A program made the position numbers and the translations under genes. 64,000 nt of DNA. Source: an uncultured bacterium. GTDB lineage: Bacteria > Patescibacteriota > Minisyncoccia > Phycocordibacterales > Phycocordibacteraceae. The notes beneath the pieces were generated by a model that did not search any database, was not told the DNA's origin, and saw only the letters and a list, made by a program, of their open reading frames with translations. Location: positions 61,813 through 125,812 of the forward strand of contig CAWKPH010000001.1 in the NCBI GenBank assembly GCA_963851445.1, read 5' to 3'. Below are positions 37,546 through 46,798 of this stretch, in pieces; within the stretch, counting starts at the first letter, position 1, and each line of letters begins with the position of its first letter.

Positions 37546-38838
37546 CTACAAAGTTGCAAACATCGCAACTGCTGCCGTTCCCATCGCAAGGAATGTAATC
37601 CAAACAATGGTGTTCGAAAGCCAACCGCTTCTATTTTCACCCATGATTTTCTTGCTCGCGGCAATCTTTGCAATAAGAAAGATGAGCGGCACCGCGACCA
37701 CCCCGTTAATTACCGCAGTAACCACGAGTGCCTTTATAGGATCAATACCAACAAAGTTGATCGTGAGTCCGATAAGCGTCGCAACGGTTATAACTCCGTA
37801 AAAGCCATGAGCTTTCGTGAGCTTCAAATTGAGACCTTCATTCCACTTGAAGGCCTCCGATACGGCATAGGATGCAGAGCCCGAAAGAATGGGGATCGCG
37901 AGGAGCCCAAGACCAATTATGCCGATGGAGAAAATGAGTTTTGCGAGATACCCGGCGTGAGGGAATGTTTGTACCAAAGGTTCGAGGGCACGAGCTGCAT
38001 CTGCAGATGTTTGGATGTTGGTAATACCATGAGCGTTCAGCACTGCGGCGCACACCACAATAATGCACCAGGTAGCTATCTCCGAAGCGACCATTCCGGC
38101 AGCATTGTCTATGCGAAGAGCTCGTATATATGATTTTCCGATGGTTGGCTTACCATGTGCGTCGATAAGCCCCTTTTCCTTCTCCTCTTCCACTTCTTGC
38201 GAAGCTTCCCAAAAAAACATGTACGGCGAGATCGTCGTACCCAACACACCGGTGATGATGAAGAGGAACGCGAAGGTGAATTGGAAATGCGGGATGAAAG
38301 TTGCTTCAAGAACGGTATACCACGGTAAGTGTACGAGAAAGACGGTGATCGGATATGCAAGCAGAACAATAGCGAGCCATTTGAGAATCCTTGCGTATAC
38401 CTTATATGAGGTAAAGATTTCGAGTACGAGAATAAGTGCCGTGAAAAAAAGCGTCGCAATGACAAAATCAACCGGCAGTATAAGCTCTACTGCCGCTGCC
38501 ATCGCACCAATATCAGCGCCTATGTTTATGGTATTGGCAACAATGACCAGGACCACCATGGGGTACAAAACCCATTTGCTGTAATTGTCGCGCACAATCG
38601 CTGCAAGACCTTTGCCTGTGACCGCGCCAATACGCGCACATGCTTCTTGTATCGCGATCAAGAGCGGAAGCATGAAAAGGGCTGTCCAGAGCTGGCCATA
38701 CCCAAACTGCGCGCCTGTTTGTGAATAGGTCGCAATGCCAGAAGGATCATCGTCGGCCGCACCTGTAACAACACCAGGTCCGAGAACCCTGAGAAAAGAG
38801 CCGAGCATGCTACCTTTTTTTTGTTCTGTTTCTTCCAT
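37546..38838 (-). CDS. NRAMP-related divalent metal transporter
   Basis: LGPGVVTGAADDDPSGIATYSQ and GTTISPYMFFW; many TM helices. Confidence 0.9.
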   Translation of the reverse strand: MEETEQKKGSMLGSFLRVLGPGVVTGAADDDPSGIATYSQTGAQFGYGQLWTALFMLPLLIAIQEACARIGAVTGKGLAAIVRDNYSKWVLYPMVVLVIVANTINIGADIGAMAAAVELILPVDFVIATLFFTALILVLEIFTSYKVYARILKWLAIVLLAYPITVFLVHLPWYTVLEATFIPHFQFTFAFLFIITGVLGTTISPYMFFWEASQEVEEEKEKGLIDAHGKPTIGKSYIRALRIDNAAGMVASEIATWCIIVVCAAVLNAHGITNIQTSADAARALEPLVQTFPHAGYLAKLIFSIGIIGLGLLAIPILSGSASYAVSEAFKWNEGLNLKLTKAHGFYGVITVATLIGLTINFVGIDPIKALVVTAVINGVVAVPLIFLIAKIAASKKIMGENRSGWLSNTIVWITFLAMGTAAVAMFATL

Positions 38839-38914
38839 AGAATAGCGAGCTTAGGAGTTGGTGGGTAGATACATGTTTTCGATAAGTATAGCAGGAGGGT
38901 ACCTACTGAAAGCA

Positions 38915-39613
38915 TTAATTTACGTCTACGAGTTCACTTGCTGCAGCAAAAGCTTCTGCTTCAGCTCTTTTCCGTTCTGCACGTTCTTTCGCTTTTGGTA
39001 GTAGTCCGAAAATACGCTCCGTGAATGTGAGCGAGCCGGGGATAATGTTGAAAATAATAGGAAATAGGAAGAAGAGTACGCTCGCCGGAATGAAAAAGAA
39101 TGAGATGAAAATGCCGATAAGATAGGAAACGATTGTGAGACGAATACGAATCTGTGCTTGTCGAACGACTAGTAAGGAGAGGTCTTCATTACGGAGTTCG
39201 CTGCGCCTGCGTACATAGCGAATCATTGTCGCGGTTAATAGTGCGACTGCAAGAATGTTCAACCCGTATACGAGTACTGCCGCTTGCGCATTAGGATAGG
39301 TACCAAACAGTCGCGCAGAGAATGGTATGAATACCAAGAACATGAGGTACACCATGTTGAGCAGGTTTAAAGAGCGATCCACGGTCTTCGTAAATCTGTG
39401 AAAAAGGAATTGGTGATTGATCCAGAAGACCGAGAGCACGAGAAACGTGAATGCATAGCTACCAACGAGCGGCCAGATGCTGCCAAGGAGATATATAACA
39501 CGAGCGTTCGTTACTATGCCGCTTACAATTGGTACCTGTACATCGAACACAAGAAGCGTCATTGCTACTGCAAAGACGCTGTCGCTTAGTGATTCTACTC
39601 GGTCCTTATTCAT
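38915..39613 (-). CDS. TMEM175 (DUF1211) family channel
   Basis: RVESLSDSVFAVAMTLLV and FWINH. Confidence 0.88.
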   Translation of the reverse strand: MNKDRVESLSDSVFAVAMTLLVFDVQVPIVSGIVTNARVIYLLGSIWPLVGSYAFTFLVLSVFWINHQFLFHRFTKTVDRSLNLLNMVYLMFLVFIPFSARLFGTYPNAQAAVLVYGLNILAVALLTATMIRYVRRRSELRNEDLSLLVVRQAQIRIRLTIVSYLIGIFISFFFIPASVLFFLFPIIFNIIPGSLTFTERIFGLLPKAKERAERKRAEAEAFAAASELVDVN

Positions 39614-39626
39614 GGGCGCAGTACGT

Positions 39627-40589
39627 TTAATTGGTAAAGTCTTGAGTCACCATCTTACCGTATAAACCACCATCGATAATACCGATGCCTACTTTGTGAA
39701 AATTAGGATCAAGAATATTAGCACGATGTCCTGGCGAATTCATGAGTCCAATTTCTGCGAGTGCCACCGTTGGTGCAAGCGCAAGATTCTCCCCTGCGGT
39801 AGTGTAGGTGATGCCAGCGGCGTGCATGCGATCGAACGGACTAAGTCCATCGGGCGTTATATGCGAGAAATACTGACGTTCCCACATATCTTGCGAATGT
39901 GCCCGTGCGATTGCAGTGAGTGTGGAATCTAGAGTGAGCGGACCTACGCCTGCCTGCGCACGCGCTTGATTGACGAGTGCGAGCATTTCTCCTTCCCCTA
40001 CCTCATCAATGCTTGTACCGCTCGGTCTAAAGGGGAGGGTCTCGGTGCCTTCCGTGTCTGAATCCTTTGTAACGAGCGTTATCGCCTGATCGACATTTCC
40101 CCCGGTAATTCTATTAAGGAATGCAGTGACCGTAGGTAGTTCCCGCTGTACAAGCATGTTGGTATACGAGTCAGAAATATCTTGAGCTACTTTCGTTGGA
40201 AGTGGAAGCACCGTCGATGCGATAACTAAAAGCACGATCAGTATGAGTGCTTCAAACGCGGCGGGTATAATTGCGAGAGTGCGCGTTATATTATTTTCAG
40301 TAAATACGTGCGGGGACTCTTTCATGATCGCGCGAAGCACCGCGTACAAGATTTCTTGTATAACGACCATTAGGAATATGAAGGCAGCTATATAGCCATA
40401 CGTTGGTGGAATGCTGAGGTGCGCGTCTATATAGGCCCCGAGTGGGTTGTAATACACAAACGCAACATAAAAACTGACTGCTAGAGCAAGTAAGCGCGCA
40501 ATCAGGACCCAGAACCCCGTTCGTATACCCAGATAAATGTAGGTCAGCAATATGAGGAATGCGATCAGGTCGATGTAGTTAAGAGCCAT
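39627..40589 (-). CDS. CvpA-like membrane domain fused to a CAP/SCP domain
   Basis: N-terminal TMs (GIRTGF); HSQDM..YFSH, GENLA, LMNSPGHRANIL. Confidence 0.88.
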   Translation of the reverse strand: MALNYIDLIAFLILLTYIYLGIRTGFWVLIARLLALAVSFYVAFVYYNPLGAYIDAHLSIPPTYGYIAAFIFLMVVIQEILYAVLRAIMKESPHVFTENNITRTLAIIPAAFEALILIVLLVIASTVLPLPTKVAQDISDSYTNMLVQRELPTVTAFLNRITGGNVDQAITLVTKDSDTEGTETLPFRPSGTSIDEVGEGEMLALVNQARAQAGVGPLTLDSTLTAIARAHSQDMWERQYFSHITPDGLSPFDRMHAAGITYTTAGENLALAPTVALAEIGLMNSPGHRANILDPNFHKVGIGIIDGGLYGKMVTQDFTN

Positions 40590-40631
40590 AACCTCAGTAT
40601 AGCGAACCTATAACCTCGTCGCGAGGTTTTG

Positions 40632-41228
40632 TTAGTTGTCGGGTTTTCGACCAGTGAGGCCAAGAAGTTTATCCTGCAAGCTGGCGCTTTGAGGAACTTC
40701 CACTTTTGGACCAAACACACCATATGAACGCCACTCTTCTGCATTAGGTGTAATCTCGTCCCAGAGTCCCTGCACGAGATCCTCAGGAAGTTTGCTATCA
40801 ACACCTATCACAAGTGCGAGATCATGAGCGCGCAGTCCCCTGAAAGAATTTATTTGCCAAAAGTAGTGCTGTGCACTGTAGTCACCAAATGAACAATGCA
40901 CAGTACGTGAGAGATCTGTAAATTCACGAGCCGCGTCGCAGGCATTGGCCGCAAATCTCACGAAGTTTTCCTTTGGATAATCACCTAGGAGATCTCCATC
41001 GAATTTTTCTCTCCCCGCTTGATCCATCGTCTTACCCTCGAGCATATCGGGTACCCACGCATCATCGTATGCGTGATAATTGATAACCCCACGAAGTGTT
41101 ATCGGTCCTGGCTTGCTATGCATTTCAAATTCGGATGGCATGATCATAGACCACTGATCATCCTTAATCTGCTCAACCACTTTCACAAGAGCTTCATCCG
41201 CGAGTACGAATATTTGCTGTTCGTTCAT
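40632..41228 (-). CDS. TIGR03086-like (MDMPI/DinB superfamily) metal-binding protein
   Basis: TLRGVINYH, AHDLA, QDKLLGLTGRKP. Confidence 0.75.
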   Translation of the reverse strand: MNEQQIFVLADEALVKVVEQIKDDQWSMIMPSEFEMHSKPGPITLRGVINYHAYDDAWVPDMLEGKTMDQAGREKFDGDLLGDYPKENFVRFAANACDAAREFTDLSRTVHCSFGDYSAQHYFWQINSFRGLRAHDLALVIGVDSKLPEDLVQGLWDEITPNAEEWRSYGVFGPKVEVPQSASLQDKLLGLTGRKPDN

Positions 41229-41272
41229 GACGTACTAAAAGGTAATTTAATATAAGTACTTTGTAGTATATA

Positions 41273-42448
41273 TCATGCGACGCGAGGCTCTTTTGGTTTT
41301 ACGAGCATGAACGTTGCAATAAGGGTCGTAATGGGCACGGCAAGGATGAGACCGATGCTGCCGATGACTGTCCGGATAATCTCGGTAGCAAATATTTCCT
41401 GATTTATGCTGGCGCCAAATGAAAGATTTGAGAAGTGAAGAAGGAGCAGAAGCGGAAGCGATGCTCCTACATAGGCAATCGCAAGTGTGTTGATGAGCGC
41501 ACCAATGTGTTCCCTGCCAATGCGCATTGCGTGCCTGAATACACGCGGACGCGAATAGTGTTCTGCCGCAGTGCTGAGTTCTTCGATGGCAACTGCCTGA
41601 CCAATCGCCGCATCGTACAAAATGCCAAGTAAGCCAATCATGATAGCGCCAAGAAGAAGCCCAACGAAATCGATTGTTCCATTCGTTTGTATATTTAATT
41701 CAGCAGCTTCTTCATTGGTATAACCCGAAAGATGCGTGGTGTGCACAGCAGCGTATGCAAGAAGGCCGGTGATAACAATAGTTACGATCATCCCAAACAC
41801 CGCTGCAGTGGTCGTCCTGTTGAATCCATGTGTTATATACGAACCAATAACTACGATGAACGAGCAGATTCCCATGCTCAGAAGAATTGGTGAGTAGCCA
41901 TGAAGTATTCCCGGTAGGAGCAGATAGAAAATAGCGGCAATGCTTATGACGAGCGATAGTAACCCGCGTATGCCCTGCTCACCACCGAACACGAGCGCGA
42001 CCACGAGGAAAAGACCGACCCAGAATAGCATCGACGGAATACGGTAGACGTCTGAAACATAATACAGATCAACACCGTCGTCAGGATTGATTTCATGCGT
42101 CAGATAAAACTGATCACCAGGCTTCAAGTTGAGATAATCATTTGTAACGGTGACCGAGTCCCCTTTGTCAGGACCGCTTTGAACGGTCGCGACGAGCGTT
42201 TGATAGGAGTGCAGTGTCGTAGTCCCAGGAATCTCTTTTTGCGTCTGCGCGATGACGGCGGTGACTTTTGCTAGCTCCACATAATCCTGCCCTGCTTCGG
42301 CGTCCTGCGGAGGAGCTTGTGTGCTTTGGTCGCTAGCGGACTGGGCAGTGGGACTCGTGGACGTCGCATGCACTGCGATAGGTACCCAAAGGCTGAGAGC
42401 AAGGCTAGCCGCGAGGACGAGCGCAAAAAGACCTACTGCTTTAGTCAT
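41273..42448 (-). CDS. YibE/F family membrane protein
   Basis: IGLLGILYD, IGREHIGALINTLAIAYVG, EIIRTVIGSIGLILAVPITT. Confidence 0.9.
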   Translation of the reverse strand: MTKAVGLFALVLAASLALSLWVPIAVHATSTSPTAQSASDQSTQAPPQDAEAGQDYVELAKVTAVIAQTQKEIPGTTTLHSYQTLVATVQSGPDKGDSVTVTNDYLNLKPGDQFYLTHEINPDDGVDLYYVSDVYRIPSMLFWVGLFLVVALVFGGEQGIRGLLSLVISIAAIFYLLLPGILHGYSPILLSMGICSFIVVIGSYITHGFNRTTTAAVFGMIVTIVITGLLAYAAVHTTHLSGYTNEEAAELNIQTNGTIDFVGLLLGAIMIGLLGILYDAAIGQAVAIEELSTAAEHYSRPRVFRHAMRIGREHIGALINTLAIAYVGASLPLLLLLHFSNLSFGASINQEIFATEIIRTVIGSIGLILAVPITTLIATFMLVKPKEPRVA

Positions 42449-42497
42449 GTTTGCATGAATTGTAACTCTCTATCCCCATTCCTAAAAGGATCCTTAC

Positions 42498-42529
42498 TTG
42501 CAAGTATTTTGCGTCTGCAGTAGACTGCA
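42498..42529 (+). promoter_or_regulatory. Sigma70 promoter with overlapping candidate Fur/Zur boxes
   Basis: TTGCAA-N17-TAGACT, 7 nt before ATG 42534; palindromes TGCAA-N5-TTGCG (42499-42513) and TGCAGT-AG-ACTGCA (42516-42529). Confidence 0.65.
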
Positions 42530-42533
42530 AAAT

Positions 42534-42959
42534 ATGAAAAACAATACTGTGCCGTCAGTAGAGATACTTCGTGGAGCCGGTATGCGCGCTACACCAGGCC
42601 GCATAGAACTTATCGATGTACTCGCCAAAGAGAAAGGCCCCCTCACGGTGAAGGAAATTCAAGAGAAACTTCCCCGCCTGCTAAACGAGGTAACTCTCTA
42701 TCGTGCCCTTGAATCACTGGTGGAAATTGGACTGGTGACCCATGTCGATTTGCAGCATGGTCATGCGCATTTCGAACTTGCCGCAACACGTAAACACCAT
42801 CATCACCTCGTTTGCACTGGCTGCGGTGCGATTGAGGACTTCGTGAATGAAACATGCGAATCACTTTTGGTGAATGTTGCGAAGAAATCTACTCTTTTCA
42901 AGGTTGCCGTAAGTCATTCTATGGAAATCTTCGGGCTATGCCAAAACTGTTATGGATAA
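42534..42959 (+). CDS. Fur family regulator (probable Zur)
   Basis: VTLYRALE, HHHHLVCTGCG, GLCQNC; heads a Zn ABC operon. Confidence 0.9.
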   Translation: MKNNTVPSVEILRGAGMRATPGRIELIDVLAKEKGPLTVKEIQEKLPRLLNEVTLYRALESLVEIGLVTHVDLQHGHAHFELAATRKHHHHLVCTGCGAIEDFVNETCESLLVNVAKKSTLFKVAVSHSMEIFGLCQNCYG

Positions 42960-43887
42960 AAACACCCGTATCATATTTATTGTTGTTATTGTCGTTGTGG
43001 TAGTCGGTGCACTCGGCTTCTTTCTTGTTCACGTAACCAAATCGAGCACGACTGCACAATCTAATACCAACAAGTTGCAAATCGTTGCAGGAGAGAATTT
43101 CTGGGGTTCAATCGCGTCACAGATCGGTGGTTCCGATGTACAGGTCACGAGTATTGTCTCTGACCCGAACGCCGATCCACATGAATACGAAAGCAGCACA
43201 AACGATGCGCGCGCAATCGCAACCGCCAATTACGTTATTTTAAATGGCGCTGGTTACGACAGCTGGGGCGATAAGCTTGTCGCAGCTAGTCCTAATCCCA
43301 GTCGTAAAGTTCTTGAGGTAGCAACGCTGCTTGGTAAGAAAGAAGGCGATAATCCGCATTTCTGGTACAACCCGGTCTACGTAAACGAGGTAGCCAAACA
43401 AATGGAAGAGGACATGATATCTCTTGATCCGTCCCATGCCACCGATTACGAAAATAATTACGCTACACTCCAAGCTTCATTTGCTGAATATCAAAATCGC
43501 ATCGCTTCGATCCAAAAACAGTTCGGTGGTACGCAAGTAGCGGCAACCGAAGATATCTTCGCGTATCTCGCCACTGCTTCTGGACTTGATCTCATTTCAC
43601 CACCCACCTTTACCGAAGCCGTCGCGGAAGGTAATGATCCACCTGCAGACAGCGTTGTAACGTTCCAGAACCAATTGAAGAGCGGCCAGGTGAAAGTGCT
43701 CGTATACAACGAACAGACTGTGACTCCTCTCACCGAAAGTATGAAGGCACTCGCTGCACAAGAGAATATACCTATTGTTGGTATCACTGAAACAATTCAA
43801 CCGCCTGACGCTACATTCCAAGAATGGATGAATGCTGAGCTTATTAATCTAGAGAATGCACTCAACGCGCAAGCGCTTGGTCAATAG
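42952..43887 (+). CDS. znuA: Zinc/manganese ABC substrate-binding protein
   Basis: DPHEYE and NPHFWY motifs; N-terminal TM anchor. Confidence 0.85.
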   Translation: MDKNTRIIFIVVIVVVVVGALGFFLVHVTKSSTTAQSNTNKLQIVAGENFWGSIASQIGGSDVQVTSIVSDPNADPHEYESSTNDARAIATANYVILNGAGYDSWGDKLVAASPNPSRKVLEVATLLGKKEGDNPHFWYNPVYVNEVAKQMEEDMISLDPSHATDYENNYATLQASFAEYQNRIASIQKQFGGTQVAATEDIFAYLATASGLDLISPPTFTEAVAEGNDPPADSVVTFQNQLKSGQVKVLVYNEQTVTPLTESMKALAAQENIPIVGITETIQPPDATFQEWMNAELINLENALNAQALGQ

Positions 43888-43916
43888 TAATTCTCGTTCG
43901 TGCTAAGGTAAAAAAC

Positions 43917-44762
43917 ATGGAGCGGAACGAGGAATCTAAAGACAATGCTGAGTTTGTCATAACTGCTCAAAATCTTTCGGGCGGGTATAGCGATCATGCC
44001 ATTTGGAACCAGGCGGATTTCTCTATTGCCAAGGGGGAGTTCATTGCAGTACTGGGACCCAATGGTTCCGGCAAGACAACACTCTTTCGGATGCTGCTCG
44101 GACTTATTCGCCCTATCGATGGAACACTTTCAGTGCTAGGCAGAAGTCCGCGTCGCGGTGACGCGCGCATTGGGTATGTACCACAACGGCATGATGTGGA
44201 CCGAGACACCGCAATTGAAGCGCGTGAGTTTGTGAAGCTTGGACTTATCGGCACGCGCTGGGGTATCGGTTTGCCATCAGAAGGTGGTCGTGAAGCAGAT
44301 GAGGCATTAAAAATTGTTAATGCTGAGGACCTTTCCCATACGCCTCTTGGAAAAATGTCAGGGGGAGAACTACAGCGTATCTTCCTTGCACAAGCGCTTG
44401 TTTCGAATCCAGATATCTTACTTCTTGATGAACCGCTGGCCAATCTTGATATCAGACGCGAGTCAAACTTGGTAAATTTGATTGCAGATATTGTTAAAGA
44501 ACGAAAAGTCACCGTTCTTTTGATTGCACATAATATTAATCCCTTGCTGCCAGTGCTTGATCGTGTGCTCTATATTGCAAACCGCAAAGTGACACTCGGC
44601 ACGCCAGAAGAAGTGCTTACCTCTGAATCACTCTCGCGTCTCTACGGGATTTCTATAGAAGTACTACGCGACTCGCAAGGCCGCCTTGCGATTATCGGTA
44701 TCGAGGAATCAGGACAGCACGATCACGATCACGAAAACACCACTTCCCATCACCATGAATGA
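43917..44762 (+). CDS. znuC: Metal ABC transporter ATP-binding protein
   Basis: GPNGSGKTT, IGYVPQR, MSGGELQR, LDEP; His-rich C-terminus. Confidence 0.85.
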   Translation: MERNEESKDNAEFVITAQNLSGGYSDHAIWNQADFSIAKGEFIAVLGPNGSGKTTLFRMLLGLIRPIDGTLSVLGRSPRRGDARIGYVPQRHDVDRDTAIEAREFVKLGLIGTRWGIGLPSEGGREADEALKIVNAEDLSHTPLGKMSGGELQRIFLAQALVSNPDILLLDEPLANLDIRRESNLVNLIADIVKERKVTVLLIAHNINPLLPVLDRVLYIANRKVTLGTPEEVLTSESLSRLYGISIEVLRDSQGRLAIIGIEESGQHDHDHENTTSHHHE

Positions 44763-45579
44763 CCTCGTTTTCAGCTGGAATATCTTCGCAGACCTAAATG
44801 CAATGCTGCAGTACGATTTCATGCAGCACGCATTTGAGGCAGGCACGATTATTGCAATCGTTGCAGGCGTCGTTGGGTATTTTATCGTAATACGTAAATC
44901 ATCGTTTGCGGCTCACGCACTTTCACATGTTGGATTTACCGGAGCTGCAGGCGCGGTGCTTCTCGGTCTTACTCCTCTTTTTGGACTCCTTGCGTTCACG
45001 CTGGGCGGTGGACTCTTGATAGCAACCCTTGGCGCGCGCGCCGCCGAACGTGATGTTCAGATAGGAACAGTGTTGGCTTTCATGCTTGGTCTAGGTGTCC
45101 TTTTCATTAGTCTCTATACCGGCTACGCAACTGAGGCGTACTCAATCTTATTTGGAGAGATACTAGGTATAAGCGCAAGTGACGTAATTGTTACCGCCAT
45201 TGCTGCAGTCATCATCCTCGTACTCGTTGCAGCTCTTTATCGTCCACTCCTCTTTATGTCGCTAGATCAAGACGTGGCTGAGGCCAAAGGTGTCCCGACG
45301 TACACTCTTGGCATCCTGTTTATGCTTATCGTTGCAGCAACAACTTCGATTTCCGTTCAAGTCGTTGGAGTCCTGCTCATTTTCGCACTCATGGTCACCC
45401 CAGCGGCAGTCGCGCAACGTCTTGCACGTCGTCCCATGCACGGCATTCTTATTTCCGTGACGATTGCTCTATTTTCGACTTGGTTCGGTCTTTTCATTGC
45501 ATTCTATCTCCCATATCCAGTCAGCTTCTTCATTACGACAGCAACCTTTGGTATATATCTTCTCTCACGGATTCTTTAA
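44755..45579 (+). CDS. znuB: Metal ABC transporter permease
   Basis: HALSHVGFTG, ILFGEILG, DVAEAKGV, VVGVLLIFALMVTPAA; start placed at ATG 44755. Confidence 0.85.
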   Translation: MNDLVFSWNIFADLNAMLQYDFMQHAFEAGTIIAIVAGVVGYFIVIRKSSFAAHALSHVGFTGAAGAVLLGLTPLFGLLAFTLGGGLLIATLGARAAERDVQIGTVLAFMLGLGVLFISLYTGYATEAYSILFGEILGISASDVIVTAIAAVIILVLVAALYRPLLFMSLDQDVAEAKGVPTYTLGILFMLIVAATTSISVQVVGVLLIFALMVTPAAVAQRLARRPMHGILISVTIALFSTWFGLFIAFYLPYPVSFFITTATFGIYLLSRIL

Positions 45580-45624
45580 AATAAAACTGGTTCTCTGGAG
45601 GGTCGCGCAGATACTCTTGACGAC

Positions 45625-46089
45625 ATGAGTATAATGTGTGACTCTATAAATAGCTTTTGTACCGTGCATTCTGCGCTCTGGGTGTTACCCAGGTTCCAAG
45701 GACACAGGAGAGGATACGTTATGTGGTTTACTCGATGCGCGAGGGTCTTTGCCGCCGCTTTCGCAGCTCTCGCTATTCTGCTCGTGACTGGCATCGTGGA
45801 GGAGCGTCTCCTCTCCAGCTTGCTACTCATTCGGGTGATTAGCTGCATGTTTTTTCTGGCCGGTTTGTTCGATATCTTTCGATCTCTCACACCGCCTCGC
45901 TTGACCTCGCAAGCAGGTGAGACATTGTTTTGGATCGGTGTCGCAAACGGTTTTCTGCCCGCCTGCGCGATGATGGGGCAACCTGACTGGTTTGTTGGCC
46001 ATGGTATTTGGGTGAATTGGGTAATCAGTGCAGGGCTCATCTTTCACGCCATCATCCTGTACATCAACAACCCTCGAGAGATTGCGTAA
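45625..46089 (+). CDS. Hypothetical membrane protein (start may be ATG 45721)
   Basis: About four hydrophobic segments; followed by a terminator. Confidence 0.5.
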   Translation: MSIMCDSINSFCTVHSALWVLPRFQGHRRGYVMWFTRCARVFAAAFAALAILLVTGIVEERLLSSLLLIRVISCMFFLAGLFDIFRSLTPPRLTSQAGETLFWIGVANGFLPACAMMGQPDWFVGHGIWVNWVISAGLIFHAIILYINNPREIA

Positions 46090-46113
46090 CCGCCGCCTCG
46101 TCGATTCGAAGAT

Positions 46114-46150
46114 CGCTTCTTCGTTTCGGCGAAGAAGCGGTTTTCTTTTT
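46114..46150 (+). terminator. Intrinsic terminator
   Basis: CGCTTCTTCG-TTTCGG-CGAAGAAGCG followed by a T-tract. Confidence 0.8.
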
Positions 46151-46204
46151 GTACTTACTTCCCTTTCACAACTATCAACCGAAAATTCAGTGATTTTGTC
46201 GTGG

Positions 46205-46233
46205 TTGACAATAAAACTCCCCTATTGTAGTAT
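46205..46233 (+). promoter_or_regulatory. Sigma70 promoter of first cold-shock gene
   Basis: TTGACA-N17-TAGTAT about 100 nt upstream of ATG 46336. Confidence 0.7.
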
Positions 46234-46335
46234 AGGACTATCAAACGCAGTGCTGTGGATCGAAGAACTCGTCGAGTCTCTTGTTCCAGCCTCCTGCACT
46301 TGATTTTTATCAGGTGCATCGCAACTACACTCAAC

Positions 46336-46536
46336 ATGCAGCAAGGAACAATTGCCGGCCTCAACCCTAAGGGTTTTGGTTTCATCAAGCGCGACGGTGA
46401 AGAAAAGGATCTTTTCTTCCACATGAACGAATTGGTGAACGCGAAGTTCGACGAACTTCGTGAAGGCGACAAAGTTGAATTCGAAGTCGGGGAAGGACCT
46501 AAGGGACCTAACGCGGTTCGTGTCAGCAAAATCTAA
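46336..46536 (+). CDS. Cold-shock protein
   Basis: RNP1 KGFGFI, RNP2 LFFHMN, GPKGPNAVRV. Confidence 0.93.
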   Translation: MQQGTIAGLNPKGFGFIKRDGEEKDLFFHMNELVNAKFDELREGDKVEFEVGEGPKGPNAVRVSKI

Positions 46537-46544
46537 ATGAAGAC

Positions 46545-46575
46545 AAGCGCCTCCTCAACAGGGGCGCTTTCTTTT
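46545..46575 (+). terminator. Intrinsic terminator between csp genes
   Basis: AAGCGCCTC-loop-GGGGCGCTT-TCTTTT. Confidence 0.7.
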
Positions 46576-46582
46576 ATATATT

Positions 46583-46792
46583 ATGGCAACCCAAAAAGGC
46601 ACAATTACTATACTTACTGACCGGCAATCCGGTTTTATAAAGCGCAAAGGCGTTGCGGAAGATCTTTTCTTCCACTCAGACCATGTGATAGAAATTCAAT
46701 ATAAAGATCTTAAGATTGGAGATCACGTTGCGTTCGAAGTAACAGAAACACGCAACGGTCCCTACGCAATCTCAGTAACTCGTATCAAATAA
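46583..46792 (+). CDS. Cold-shock domain protein (divergent paralog)
   Basis: RQSGFI (degenerate RNP1), LFFHSD, GDHVAFEV. Confidence 0.85.
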   Translation: MATQKGTITILTDRQSGFIKRKGVAEDLFFHSDHVIEIQYKDLKIGDHVAFEVTETRNGPYAISVTRIK

Positions 46793-46798
46793 GGATTT

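Noticed and set aside
46155-46529. 124-aa minus-strand ORF
   Set aside because: Antisense shadow of the cold-shock gene.
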